Of a DNA stretch of 64,000 nt, positions 56,062-64,000 are shown one piece after another (the first letter of the stretch is position 1; every line of letters starts with the position of its first letter). The stretch is from an uncultured Clostridia bacterium (GTDB taxonomy: Bacteria; Bacillota; Clostridia; TANB77; CAG-508): assembly GCA_963559065.1 (NCBI GenBank), contig CAUWIY010000010.1, forward strand, positions 5,527 through 69,526, in the 5' to 3' direction. The notes under the pieces are model-generated. The model saw nothing but the letters and a program-made list of their open reading frames with translations, was not told where the DNA came from and ran no database searches. The translations under genes were made by a program, and so were the position numbers.

Positions 56062-58338
56062 ATGTTAAAAGTATTAAAAAATTTAAAAGAATCATGGATA
56101 TCAGTACTTATAATAGTTTTACTATTAATAGTTCAAGCAACATGTGATTTGGCTTTACCAGATTATACATCTAAAATAGTAAATGTTGGTATTCAAAATG
56201 GTGGTATAGAAAATGTTGCACCAGATGTTATAAGAAAATCTACAATGGATGATTTATTAATTTTTACAGAAGAAGATGACAAGATATTATCAGCTTATGA
56301 TAAAATATCAAAAGAAAGTCTAGAGGAAGATGAATATAACAAATTAATAAAAAAATATCCAGTATTAGAAAATGAAGAATTATATGAGATTAAAAAAATA
56401 TCAGATGAAGAAAAAGAAAATTTAAACTCAATTATGGCAAAACCTTTAATGGTTGTAGAATCTTTAAATAATGAGGAAATGTCTGCTCAAATTAAAGAAC
56501 AAATGCTTGCAGGATTACCAGCAACAATGCCAGAACAGCAAAAAATGGCTATACAAGGTATGGAAGTAATAGACATTATAAAACAAATGCCTCAAGAACA
56601 ATTAGTTACAATGCTTTCTGGGGTAAATGAAAAATTAGATTCTATGCAAGATAGCATATTAGAGCAAGCTGCTATTCAAGAGGTAAAAGAAGAATATAAG
56701 AAAATTGGAATAAATACAGAAGATTTACAGAATAAATACATAATATTGTCAGGATTAAAAATGTTAGGTATATCTTTAATTATAATGGTATCTGCAATAT
56801 CAATTATGTGTTTATCTGCTAGAGTTGGGGCAAGACTTGCAAAAACTTTAAGAGAAAAAATATTTAAGAAAGTTTTGAGTTTTTCAAATAAAGAATTCTC
56901 AGAATATAGTACAGCTTCATTAATAACACGTTCTACAAATGATATACAACAAATTCAAAATTTAATAGCAATGTTATTTAGAGTTATAGTATATGCTCCA
57001 ATTATAGGGATTGGTGGATTTATAAGAGTATTAAATCAAAGTGACAATTCAATGGCGTGGATAATAGGAGTTGCTATACTTGCAATATTATTTATAGTTG
57101 GAACTTTATTTATAATAGCAATGCCAAAATTTAAAAAATTACAAGATTTAATAGATAAGCTTAACCTTGTGGCAAGAGAAATTTTGACAGGATTACCTGT
57201 AATAAGAGCATTTAATACAGAAAAAAGAGAAGAAAAAAGATTTGATAATGCAAATAAGGACTTAACAAAAACAAACTTATTTGTAAACAGAGCAATGAGC
57301 TTTATGATGCCAGCTTTAATGTTAATAATGAACTGTATATCTCTTTTAATTGTATGGGTAGGAGCACATGGTATTGATAATGGAACAATGCAAGTTGGAA
57401 ATATGATGGCATTTATACAATATACAATGCAAATTGTAATGAGTTTCTTAATGATTTCAATGATTTCAATTATTTTACCAAGAGCATCAGTTTCAGCAAA
57501 TCGTATAAATGAAATTTTAGATACAGATGAATTTATAAAAGAAAGCAATAATCCAAAACAATTAAATCCAGATAAAAAAGGATTAGTAGAATTTAAAAAT
57601 GTTGGATTTAAATATCCAGATAGTGATGAAGAGGTACTAAGTGATATAACATTTACAGCAAAACCGGGAGAAACAACGGCAATTATAGGAAGTACTGGTA
57701 GTGGTAAGTCAACAATAGTTAATTTAATACCAAGATTTTATGACATAACATCTGGAAATTTATTAATTGATGGTGTTGATATTAAAAATATTAGTAATAA
57801 AGATTTGAGAAGAATAATAGGGTTTGTACCACAAAAAGGATTATTATTTTCAGGAACAATAGAATCTAATATTAAATATGGAAATCCAGATATGCCAGAT
57901 GAACAAATGATAGAAGCTGCTAAAATAGCGCAAGCTACAGAATTCATAGAATCAAAACCATTAAAATATAAAGAACCAATTGCACAAGGAGGAAGTAATG
58001 TATCTGGAGGACAAAAACAAAGATTATCAATAGCAAGAGCAATTGCAATTGATCCAGAGATATTAGTATTTGATGATAGTTTCTCTGCATTGGATTTTAA
58101 AACAGATAGTATTTTAAGAGCAGAACTTAGTAAAAAGACTAAAGATAAAACTGTAATAATAGTTGCACAAAGAATTAATACAATATTAAATGCAGACCAA
58201 ATAATAGTATTAGAAGATGGAAAAATTGTAGGTAAAGGAACACATGAAGAACTAATTAAAAATAATGAAACATATAGACAAATTGCTTTATCTCAATTAT
58301 CAGAAGAAGAACTAGAAGGAGGGGAAAAACATGAATAA
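56062..58338 (+). CDS. ABC exporter, fused permease/ATPase (half-transporter A) with an insert of about 190 aa between TM1 and TM2
   Basis: 6-TM exporter domain, GSTGSGKST, VSGGQKQRLSIARA, VFDDSFSALD. Confidence 0.85.
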   Translation: MLKVLKNLKESWISVLIIVLLLIVQATCDLALPDYTSKIVNVGIQNGGIENVAPDVIRKSTMDDLLIFTEEDDKILSAYDKISKESLEEDEYNKLIKKYPVLENEELYEIKKISDEEKENLNSIMAKPLMVVESLNNEEMSAQIKEQMLAGLPATMPEQQKMAIQGMEVIDIIKQMPQEQLVTMLSGVNEKLDSMQDSILEQAAIQEVKEEYKKIGINTEDLQNKYIILSGLKMLGISLIIMVSAISIMCLSARVGARLAKTLREKIFKKVLSFSNKEFSEYSTASLITRSTNDIQQIQNLIAMLFRVIVYAPIIGIGGFIRVLNQSDNSMAWIIGVAILAILFIVGTLFIIAMPKFKKLQDLIDKLNLVAREILTGLPVIRAFNTEKREEKRFDNANKDLTKTNLFVNRAMSFMMPALMLIMNCISLLIVWVGAHGIDNGTMQVGNMMAFIQYTMQIVMSFLMISMISIILPRASVSANRINEILDTDEFIKESNNPKQLNPDKKGLVEFKNVGFKYPDSDEEVLSDITFTAKPGETTAIIGSTGSGKSTIVNLIPRFYDITSGNLLIDGVDIKNISNKDLRRIIGFVPQKGLLFSGTIESNIKYGNPDMPDEQMIEAAKIAQATEFIESKPLKYKEPIAQGGSNVSGGQKQRLSIARAIAIDPEILVFDDSFSALDFKTDSILRAELSKKTKDKTVIIVAQRINTILNADQIIVLEDGKIVGKGTHEELIKNNETYRQIALSQLSEEELEGGEKHE

Positions 58339-60187
58339 TAATGGAATGAAACCTCCAGTAGCAAAGAAAACAATGGGTGGAGGACATCATGGTGGAAATA
58401 AAAGTGGAGAAAAGGCAAAAGATTTTAGTGGAACAATTAAAAAATTAGGAGTAACACTTTCAAGATATAAAATATCAATAATTATTGTATTGATATTTGC
58501 TATAGGAAGTACAATTTTTAGTATTGTAGGACCAAAAATCTTAGGAAATGCAACAACAGAAATATACAATGGTTTAATGAATAAAATAAATGGAACAGGC
58601 GGAATTGACTTTTCGAAAATTGCAACAATAATTTTATGGGTTGTAGGATTATATTTAACAAGTGCTTTATTTAATTTAATACAAAGTTATGTTATGGCAG
58701 GAGTTGCACAAAAGGTAACATACAAAATTAGAAATGATTTGACACATAAAATAAATAAATTGCCAATGAAATATTTTGACAAAAGAACAAATGGAGAAGT
58801 ATTATCAGTTATAACAAATGATGTTGATACTTTAAGTATAGGATTAAACCAAAGTATAACTCAAATAATAACATCAGTTTGTACAATAATAGGAATTTTA
58901 GTAATGATGTTTTCTATTAGCTGGGAAATGACAATTGTAAGTTTACTAATATTACCAGTATCATCAGTAATATTGAAAAAAGTAATTGGTAAATCACAAA
59001 AATACTTTGTAAAACAACAAGAATACTTAGGTCATGTAAATGGTCAAGTAGAAGAAATATATGGAGGACATAATATTGTAAAAGTTTTTGGAAGAGAAAA
59101 ACAAGCAATAAAAGACTTTGAAAAAGAAAACCAAGAACTATATAGATCAGGTTGGCGTTCACAATTTTTGTCTGGTTTAATGTATCCATTAATGAACTTT
59201 GTTGGAAATGTTGGATATGTCGCAGTTGCTATATTAGGTGGATACTTTGCTGTAAAAGGTAGAATTACAGTTGGTAATATACAAAGTTTTATACAATATA
59301 ATAAACAATTCACACAACCAATTGGTCAAGTGGCACAAATATCAAGTACAATACAAGCCATGGTGGCAGCAGCAGAAAGAATATTTGAATTTTTAGAAGA
59401 AGATGAAGAAGCAGAAGATGTTAAAAATCCTGTATCAACAGAAAACTTATCAGGTAATATTAAATTTGAACATGTTAATTTTGGATATAATCCAGAAAAA
59501 ACAATAATAAATGACTTTAATGCAGATGTAAAAGATGGACAAAAAATTGCGATTGTTGGGCCAACAGGAGCAGGAAAGACAACAATGGTTAAATTACTTA
59601 TGAGATTTTATGACGTAAACAGTGGTGCTATCCTTTTAGATGGACATAATATAAAAGATTTCAAACGTGGAGAACTTAGAAAAATGTTTGGTATGGTACT
59701 TCAAGATACATGGCTATATGGTGGTACAATAAAGGATAATATTAGATATAGTAATCCAGAAGCAACTGATTCAGAAGTAATTGAAGCTGCTAAAGCAGCA
59801 CATGTTCATCATTATATAAAAACATTGTCAAATGGTTATGATGCAAGAATAAACGAAGAATCAAATAATATTTCGGCAGGGCAAAAACAATTACTTACAA
59901 TAGCAAGAGTAATACTTGCAGACCCTAAAATATTAATATTAGATGAGGCGACAAGTTCAATTGATACTAGAACTGAACAACAAATTCAATCAGCAATGGA
60001 TAATTTAATGAAAGGTAGAACAAGTTTTATTATTGCACATAGATTATCAACAATTAAAAATGCAGATTTAATTTTAGTTATGGATCATGGAGATATTGTT
60101 GAACAGGGAAATCATGAAGAGTTATTAGCTAAAAATGGATTTTATGCAAAATTGTATAATTCTCAATTCGAAGAAGTAGAAGAATAG
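58331..60187 (+). CDS. ABC exporter, fused permease/ATPase (half-transporter B)
   Basis: GPTGAGKTT, ISAGQKQLLTIARV, ILDEATSSID. 8-nt overlap with the upstream partner. Confidence 0.85.
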   Translation: MNNNGMKPPVAKKTMGGGHHGGNKSGEKAKDFSGTIKKLGVTLSRYKISIIIVLIFAIGSTIFSIVGPKILGNATTEIYNGLMNKINGTGGIDFSKIATIILWVVGLYLTSALFNLIQSYVMAGVAQKVTYKIRNDLTHKINKLPMKYFDKRTNGEVLSVITNDVDTLSIGLNQSITQIITSVCTIIGILVMMFSISWEMTIVSLLILPVSSVILKKVIGKSQKYFVKQQEYLGHVNGQVEEIYGGHNIVKVFGREKQAIKDFEKENQELYRSGWRSQFLSGLMYPLMNFVGNVGYVAVAILGGYFAVKGRITVGNIQSFIQYNKQFTQPIGQVAQISSTIQAMVAAAERIFEFLEEDEEAEDVKNPVSTENLSGNIKFEHVNFGYNPEKTIINDFNADVKDGQKIAIVGPTGAGKTTMVKLLMRFYDVNSGAILLDGHNIKDFKRGELRKMFGMVLQDTWLYGGTIKDNIRYSNPEATDSEVIEAAKAAHVHHYIKTLSNGYDARINEESNNISAGQKQLLTIARVILADPKILILDEATSSIDTRTEQQIQSAMDNLMKGRTSFIIAHRLSTIKNADLILVMDHGDIVEQGNHEELLAKNGFYAKLYNSQFEEVEE

Positions 60188-60247
60188 AGTTTTGTATATA
60201 ATGTATTTATACAAAATGAAAGCTATCAACAGTGTGAATTTTAAATT

Positions 60248-60279
60248 GACAAGATATTATCAAATATCTTGTCTTTTTT
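60248..60279 (+). terminator. Rho-independent terminator of the ABC operon
   Basis: gacaagatat-tatcaa-atatcttgtc followed by TTTTTT. Confidence 0.85.
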
Positions 60280-60324
60280 GTAATATAGGGATATAATATA
60301 AAAAAAGAAATAAGGGAGCAATTA

Positions 60325-60990
60325 ATGAAAAATTTAGTGAAAAAATTAATTATGATATTAGGAATAGCTTTTTTTATATTAATAATAAGTATGTTATGTA
60401 TTAATTTCTATATAAAATTAAAAACAAAAAAGAAAATAATTGTAAATACAGAAGAAATACCAAATGACATAGACTGCATTTTGGTTTTAGGAGCTGGAAT
60501 ATGGGGAGACAAGCCAAGCCCAATGCTAGAAGATAGGCTATTGCAAGGCATAGAACTATATAATAATGGGGTAGCACCTAAAATTATTATGAGTGGTGAC
60601 CATGGAAAAGAAGAATATGATGAAGTAAATGTAATGAAAAATTTTGCAATAGAAAAAGGAGTAAATTCAGAAGATATTTTTATGGATCATGCGGGTTTTT
60701 CTACTTATGAAAGTATTTATAGAGCAAAGGAAATTTTTCAAGCCAAAAAAATAGTTGTAGTAACACAGAAATATCATATATATAGAGCTTTGTATATAGC
60801 GGATTCTTTAGGAATTGAAGCATATGGTGTTTCATCAGACCCAAGAGAATATGTAGGGCAAATTACTAGAGAGATACGAGAAATTTTAGCAAGAAATAAA
60901 GATTTTGTAAAATGTATTTTTAAGCCAGAACCAACATTTTTGGGAGAATCAATTCCTGTTAGTGGTAATGGAGATACTACAAATGATTAA
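60325..60990 (+). CDS. SanA/YdcF (DUF218) family protein
   Basis: N-terminal TM, then DCILVLGAGIWGDKPSPMLEDRLLQGIELYNNGVAPKIIMSGDHG...YDEV..M. Confidence 0.8.
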   Translation: MKNLVKKLIMILGIAFFILIISMLCINFYIKLKTKKKIIVNTEEIPNDIDCILVLGAGIWGDKPSPMLEDRLLQGIELYNNGVAPKIIMSGDHGKEEYDEVNVMKNFAIEKGVNSEDIFMDHAGFSTYESIYRAKEIFQAKKIVVVTQKYHIYRALYIADSLGIEAYGVSSDPREYVGQITREIREILARNKDFVKCIFKPEPTFLGESIPVSGNGDTTND

Positions 60991-61009
60991 AAATATTTAA
61001 TAAAAAATA

Positions 61010-61060
61010 TAGCATAAAGGAAATTTAAATATTAAAGAGATTTCTTTTATGCTACTTTTT
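61010..61060. terminator. Bidirectional terminator (sanA / DUF1540 convergent)
   Basis: tagcataaaggaaat / atttcttttatgcta stem (1 mismatch) plus a T-run. Confidence 0.65.
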
Positions 61061-61093
61061 TATCTTTTTTAAGTATAGACAAAATTGATTAAC

Positions 61094-61255
61094 TTATTCT
61101 TTAAACTTGTAACTAGAACACATAGATTCATCACATTTTTTATCATTACAATTAGGTTTAGGAGTTACAATTATTTCATTTAATGAACAATAGTTTTCAT
61201 TAGCATTATACTTACAAGATTTTACTTCACAATATATTTTTTGAGTTTTATCCAT
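61094..61255 (-). CDS. DUF1540-like small Cys-rich protein (53 aa)
   Basis: Absent from the ORF track (under 60 aa). GGAGGT SD 6 nt before the ATG. Translation MDKTQKIYCEVKSCKYNANENYCSLNEIIVTPKPNCNDKKCDESMCSSYKFKE has the C-x-V-x2-C-x-Y-N...C motif. Confidence 0.7.
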   Translation of the reverse strand: MDKTQKIYCEVKSCKYNANENYCSLNEIIVTPKPNCNDKKCDESMCSSYKFKE

Positions 61256-61420
61256 GATATTACCTCCAAAATTTTAAATTATAATATTATTATGTGTAAT
61301 AAAAAAATAAAAATACAAAAATAAAATGGAAAAGTCATTTAATTGTCATTTTAATGTTATAAAATAATTATAAATAAAAGAAAAGGAGGAATACTAGAAT
61401 AAGCTAGTAAAAATTGAAAA

Positions 61421-62116
61421 ATGAAAGTAATAAAAAAATTAGTAATAGTTATATTAATAGTTATATTTGGAATTTCAATGTATTTTGGAATAAAAGGATT
61501 TAGTATGTATAATGAAGCAATTAGTGAAAAATCATTAAAAGAAAAAGTTTTGGAAATAGAAAGTAAAGAAAATTATACAAAAATAGACGAGATTCCTCAA
61601 ACATATATTAATGCTGTAATTTCTGTAGAAGACCATAGATTTTATAATCATTGTGGTATAGATGTTATTGCAATTGCAAGAGCAACAATTAATGATATAA
61701 AAGAAATGAGTTTTGTCGAAGGTGGTAGTACAATAACACAACAACTAGCAAAAAACATATATTTTACGCAAGAAAAAAGGATTGAAAGAAAAGTTGCAGA
61801 GGTTTTTATGGCATTTGATTTAGAAAAAAATTATAAAAAAGATAAAATATTAGAACTTTATATTAATACTAGTTATTTTGGAGATAACTGTTATACATTA
61901 AAAGAAGCTAGTAAACATTATTTTAACAAAGAGCCAAAAGAAATGACGGATTATGAATGTATAATGATTGCTGGAGTACCAAATGCTCCATCTGTATATG
62001 CACCAACGGTTAATCTAAAATTAGCTAAAGAGAGACAAAGACAGGTTGCTAGTAAAATGGTTGAAAATGGATACTTAACACAAGACGAAATGGATAAAAT
62101 ATTAGAATCTGAATAA
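61421..62116 (+). CDS. Monofunctional peptidoglycan glycosyltransferase (GT51)
   Basis: N-terminal TM, ISVEDHRFYNHCGID, GGSTITQQLAKN, RKVAE. Confidence 0.85.
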   Translation: MKVIKKLVIVILIVIFGISMYFGIKGFSMYNEAISEKSLKEKVLEIESKENYTKIDEIPQTYINAVISVEDHRFYNHCGIDVIAIARATINDIKEMSFVEGGSTITQQLAKNIYFTQEKRIERKVAEVFMAFDLEKNYKKDKILELYINTSYFGDNCYTLKEASKHYFNKEPKEMTDYECIMIAGVPNAPSVYAPTVNLKLAKERQRQVASKMVENGYLTQDEMDKILESE

Positions 62117-62172
62117 AATTTTAGCATTTTGTTATAAATAAAAAATTGCATAATATAAAGTTGTGTTGTTTT

Positions 62173-62238
62173 CGTTAGCTTTTTATTGAATGAAAAAATT
62201 TATTAATTTTTCTTTATTTGTTCAATAAAAAGCTAACG
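62173..62238. terminator. Long-stem bidirectional hairpin between convergent genes
   Basis: cgttagctttttattgaa / ttcaataaaaagctaacg, an 18-bp perfect stem with a 30-nt loop. Confidence 0.6.
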
Positions 62239-62265
62239 TCTTTATTATTGTCATTTGGCTTATAA

Positions 62266-62967
62266 TTAATTATTTTCACAATCTTTTGTAGAATTTGTTT
62301 CACATTTAGCAGGAGGATTTTTAAAGCTTAAATACCAACTAATTCCATTTCTATTTTCTTCAATATACTTTTGTCGTTCTTCTAATTCACAAAATGTTTG
62401 TGGGGGAGGGATAACAACAGGCTGACCAGGCATCCAATTTGCTGCAGTAGAACCTTTGCTACAATCAGCCATTTGTAATGCTTGAACAATTCTAATAATT
62501 TCAGGAATAAATCTACCAACATTCAATGGGTAGATTAAAATAGTTCGTACAATTCCTTTATCATCTATAATAAATACGTTTCTAACTGTTTCAGTGGAAC
62601 TTACATCATTTGAAATCATTCCATATTTTCTAGCGATTTGACCACTTCTGTCCGCAATAATAGGAAATGGTAATTTGATACCTGTTTTTAAATAAATGTC
62701 ATAAATCCAAGCTAAGTGTGAAGAATTGCTGTCAATACTTAAACCAAGTAGTTCTGTGTTAAGCTCTTTAAAATATGTATATGCTCGTGCAAATGCAATC
62801 ATCTCAGTTGTGCATACTGGGGTAAAATCTCCGGGATGGGAAAACAAAATAAGCCATTTCCCTTTGTAATCATTTAAAGAAATAGGACCACAACTTGTTA
62901 TTGCATCAAAATCTGGAGCTTTTTGTCCTATTTTAACATTTCCATTCATCATTAACTCATAATCCAT
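62266..62967 (-). CDS. Peroxiredoxin, 1-Cys/Prx6-like
   Basis: FSHPGDFTPVCTTE peroxidatic site. Start moved to ATG 62967 (AAAGGAG SD). The ORF-track extension reads into the palindrome. Confidence 0.85.
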   Translation of the reverse strand: MDYELMMNGNVKIGQKAPDFDAITSCGPISLNDYKGKWLILFSHPGDFTPVCTTEMIAFARAYTYFKELNTELLGLSIDSNSSHLAWIYDIYLKTGIKLPFPIIADRSGQIARKYGMISNDVSSTETVRNVFIIDDKGIVRTILIYPLNVGRFIPEIIRIVQALQMADCSKGSTAANWMPGQPVVIPPPQTFCELEERQKYIEENRNGISWYLSFKNPPAKCETNSTKDCENN

Positions 62968-63027
62968 AAAATGAACTCCTTTCAATTTTTTATATAATAT
63001 TAAACAAAAGTAAAAAATGTTAATACT

Positions 63028-63118
63028 GGTCAAAAGGGATGGTCAAAAGGGACGGAGGAAATTGACAAAAATATTGTCAATTTCCTCCGTCCCTTTTGAC
63101 CATCCGTCCCTTTTGACC
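63028..63118. repeat. 91-bp near-perfect palindrome built from GGTCAAAAGGGA(C) units and TTGACAA
   Basis: ggtcaaaagggatggtcaaaagggacggaggaaattgacaa - aaata - ttgtcaatttcctccgtcccttttgaccatccgtcccttttgacc. The arms differ by one 3-nt indel. It lies in the divergent prx/GNAT promoter region. Confidence 0.9.
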
Positions 63119-63243
63119 ACTTTTGACTATCTTTGTAAAATAAATAAAAATTTTATAAACAATATCGTAATTTTAATAAAAAAATAGGTAATTAAGTTGA
63201 AAACTGTGATACAATAGAAAAACGTTTAAAAGGAGGAAGAAAA

Positions 63244-63804
63244 TTGAAAGATTTAGAAACAAAAAGATATTTACTAAGGAAACCTAAAATTGAAGATGCA
63301 GAAGAAATACATGAAATATGGGGAACGGATAAAGAAAAAATTGCTGAATATAAAGAGCATGATGTCTGTAAAAATATTATAGAAACGAGAGCATTATTAA
63401 AAACAGCAATTACAGATTCTGAATATGGAAGACCTTATTGGTTAGTAGAAGAAAAGAAACATAAAAAAATAATAGGATATGTAAAAGTTCCAAGATTTTC
63501 TAGAAAAGATAGAAAATGTGAAGTTGCATTTTACATCTTAAAGAAATTAAGAATGGATAAAACACCACAAGAAGTATTAACAAAAGCAATACAATATCTT
63601 TTTACAGATAGAGGATTTGAAACGATTATTATGAAATTTTATGGTTCTGGTGTAGAAGATATAAAAATACTTGACCAGGTTTTAAAAGATATAGGGATGA
63701 AAAGAGATGGGATTTTAAGAAATAGATTAATAGATAGTCACGGAGAAAAGGTAGATAAATATATGTATTCTATTTTAAAAGAGGAATGGCTTCAAAATGT
63801 ATAA
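63244..63804 (+). CDS. GNAT family acetyltransferase (RimJ/RimL-like)
   Basis: TTG start after an AAAGGAGGAAG SD. The N-terminal LETKRYLLRKPKIEDAEEI and C-terminal GMKRDGILRN...D pattern is typical of the RimJ/L-like group. Confidence 0.7.
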   Translation: MKDLETKRYLLRKPKIEDAEEIHEIWGTDKEKIAEYKEHDVCKNIIETRALLKTAITDSEYGRPYWLVEEKKHKKIIGYVKVPRFSRKDRKCEVAFYILKKLRMDKTPQEVLTKAIQYLFTDRGFETIIMKFYGSGVEDIKILDQVLKDIGMKRDGILRNRLIDSHGEKVDKYMYSILKEEWLQNV

Positions 63805-63914
63805 GAGTATAAGCAAAAGTATTGACATATTTATTTTTTAGAAATAAAATAGCATTGCTAATAAAAATTGCTTAAAATTAAAATAAAAGGCAATTATAAA
63901 AAGGAGGAATTAAG

Positions 63915-64000
63915 ATGGCATTAGAAACAACAAAAAAAATGCTTGAAAAAGCAATGCAAGAAGGATATGCAGTAGGAGCGTTTAATGTAAATAATATGGA
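63915..64000 (+). CDS. fba: Class II fructose-bisphosphate aldolase, N-terminal fragment (runs off window)
   Basis: AAGGAGGAA SD. MALETTKKMLEKAMQEGYAVGAFNVNNM is the conserved class II aldolase N-terminus. Confidence 0.75.
   Translation, partial: MALETTKKMLEKAMQEGYAVGAFNVNNM

Overview
Visibly AT-rich chromosomal segment of a Gram-positive Bacillota/Clostridia-type genome. Supporting markers are sortase, dockerin, AddA, LexA, UPF0182, type-2 IleRS, strong GGAGG-type ribosome-binding sites (SDs) and the standard genetic code. I call about 57 protein genes, mostly on the + strand, plus one tRNA-Thr(CGU) and one T-box leader.

Most content is housekeeping or envelope-related:
- Translation and targeting: ileS, ftsY, tyrS, rlmD-like, tcdA.
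- Redox: trxB/trxA, Cu/Zn-SOD, 1-Cys peroxiredoxin.
- Envelope: dgkA, PAP2 phosphatase, a class B PBP followed by an OmpR/HK pair and a MacB/FtsX ABC transporter, a monofunctional transglycosylase, SanA.
- DNA repair and regulation: addA, lexA, yebC, a TetR-controlled ABC exporter pair.

Accessory or unusual parts:
1. An island at 6.7-13.0 kb between tRNA-Thr and ftsY. It carries an ORF6N/degenerate-HKD protein, a GNAT-fold-like ORF and a complete Type III R-M system (Mod+Res).
2. A 388-bp foldback element with perfect 43-bp terminal inverted repeats (21726-22113).
3. A dispersed family of GC-richer GGGAC/GGGGACAG-box repeats. One inverted-repeat-bounded copy sits in frame inside addA.
4. Very long perfect or near-perfect palindromes (41497-41560, 63028-63118).
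5. A tight five-gene glyco-type operon containing a DUF692/MbnB-like TIM-barrel protein.
6. A dockerin-bearing peptidoglycan hydrolase next to a cadherin-like membrane protein.

I found no CRISPR array, rRNA, integrase or transposase. All family assignments come from motif recognition by eye, not from database searches. None of the candidate novel systems is proven.
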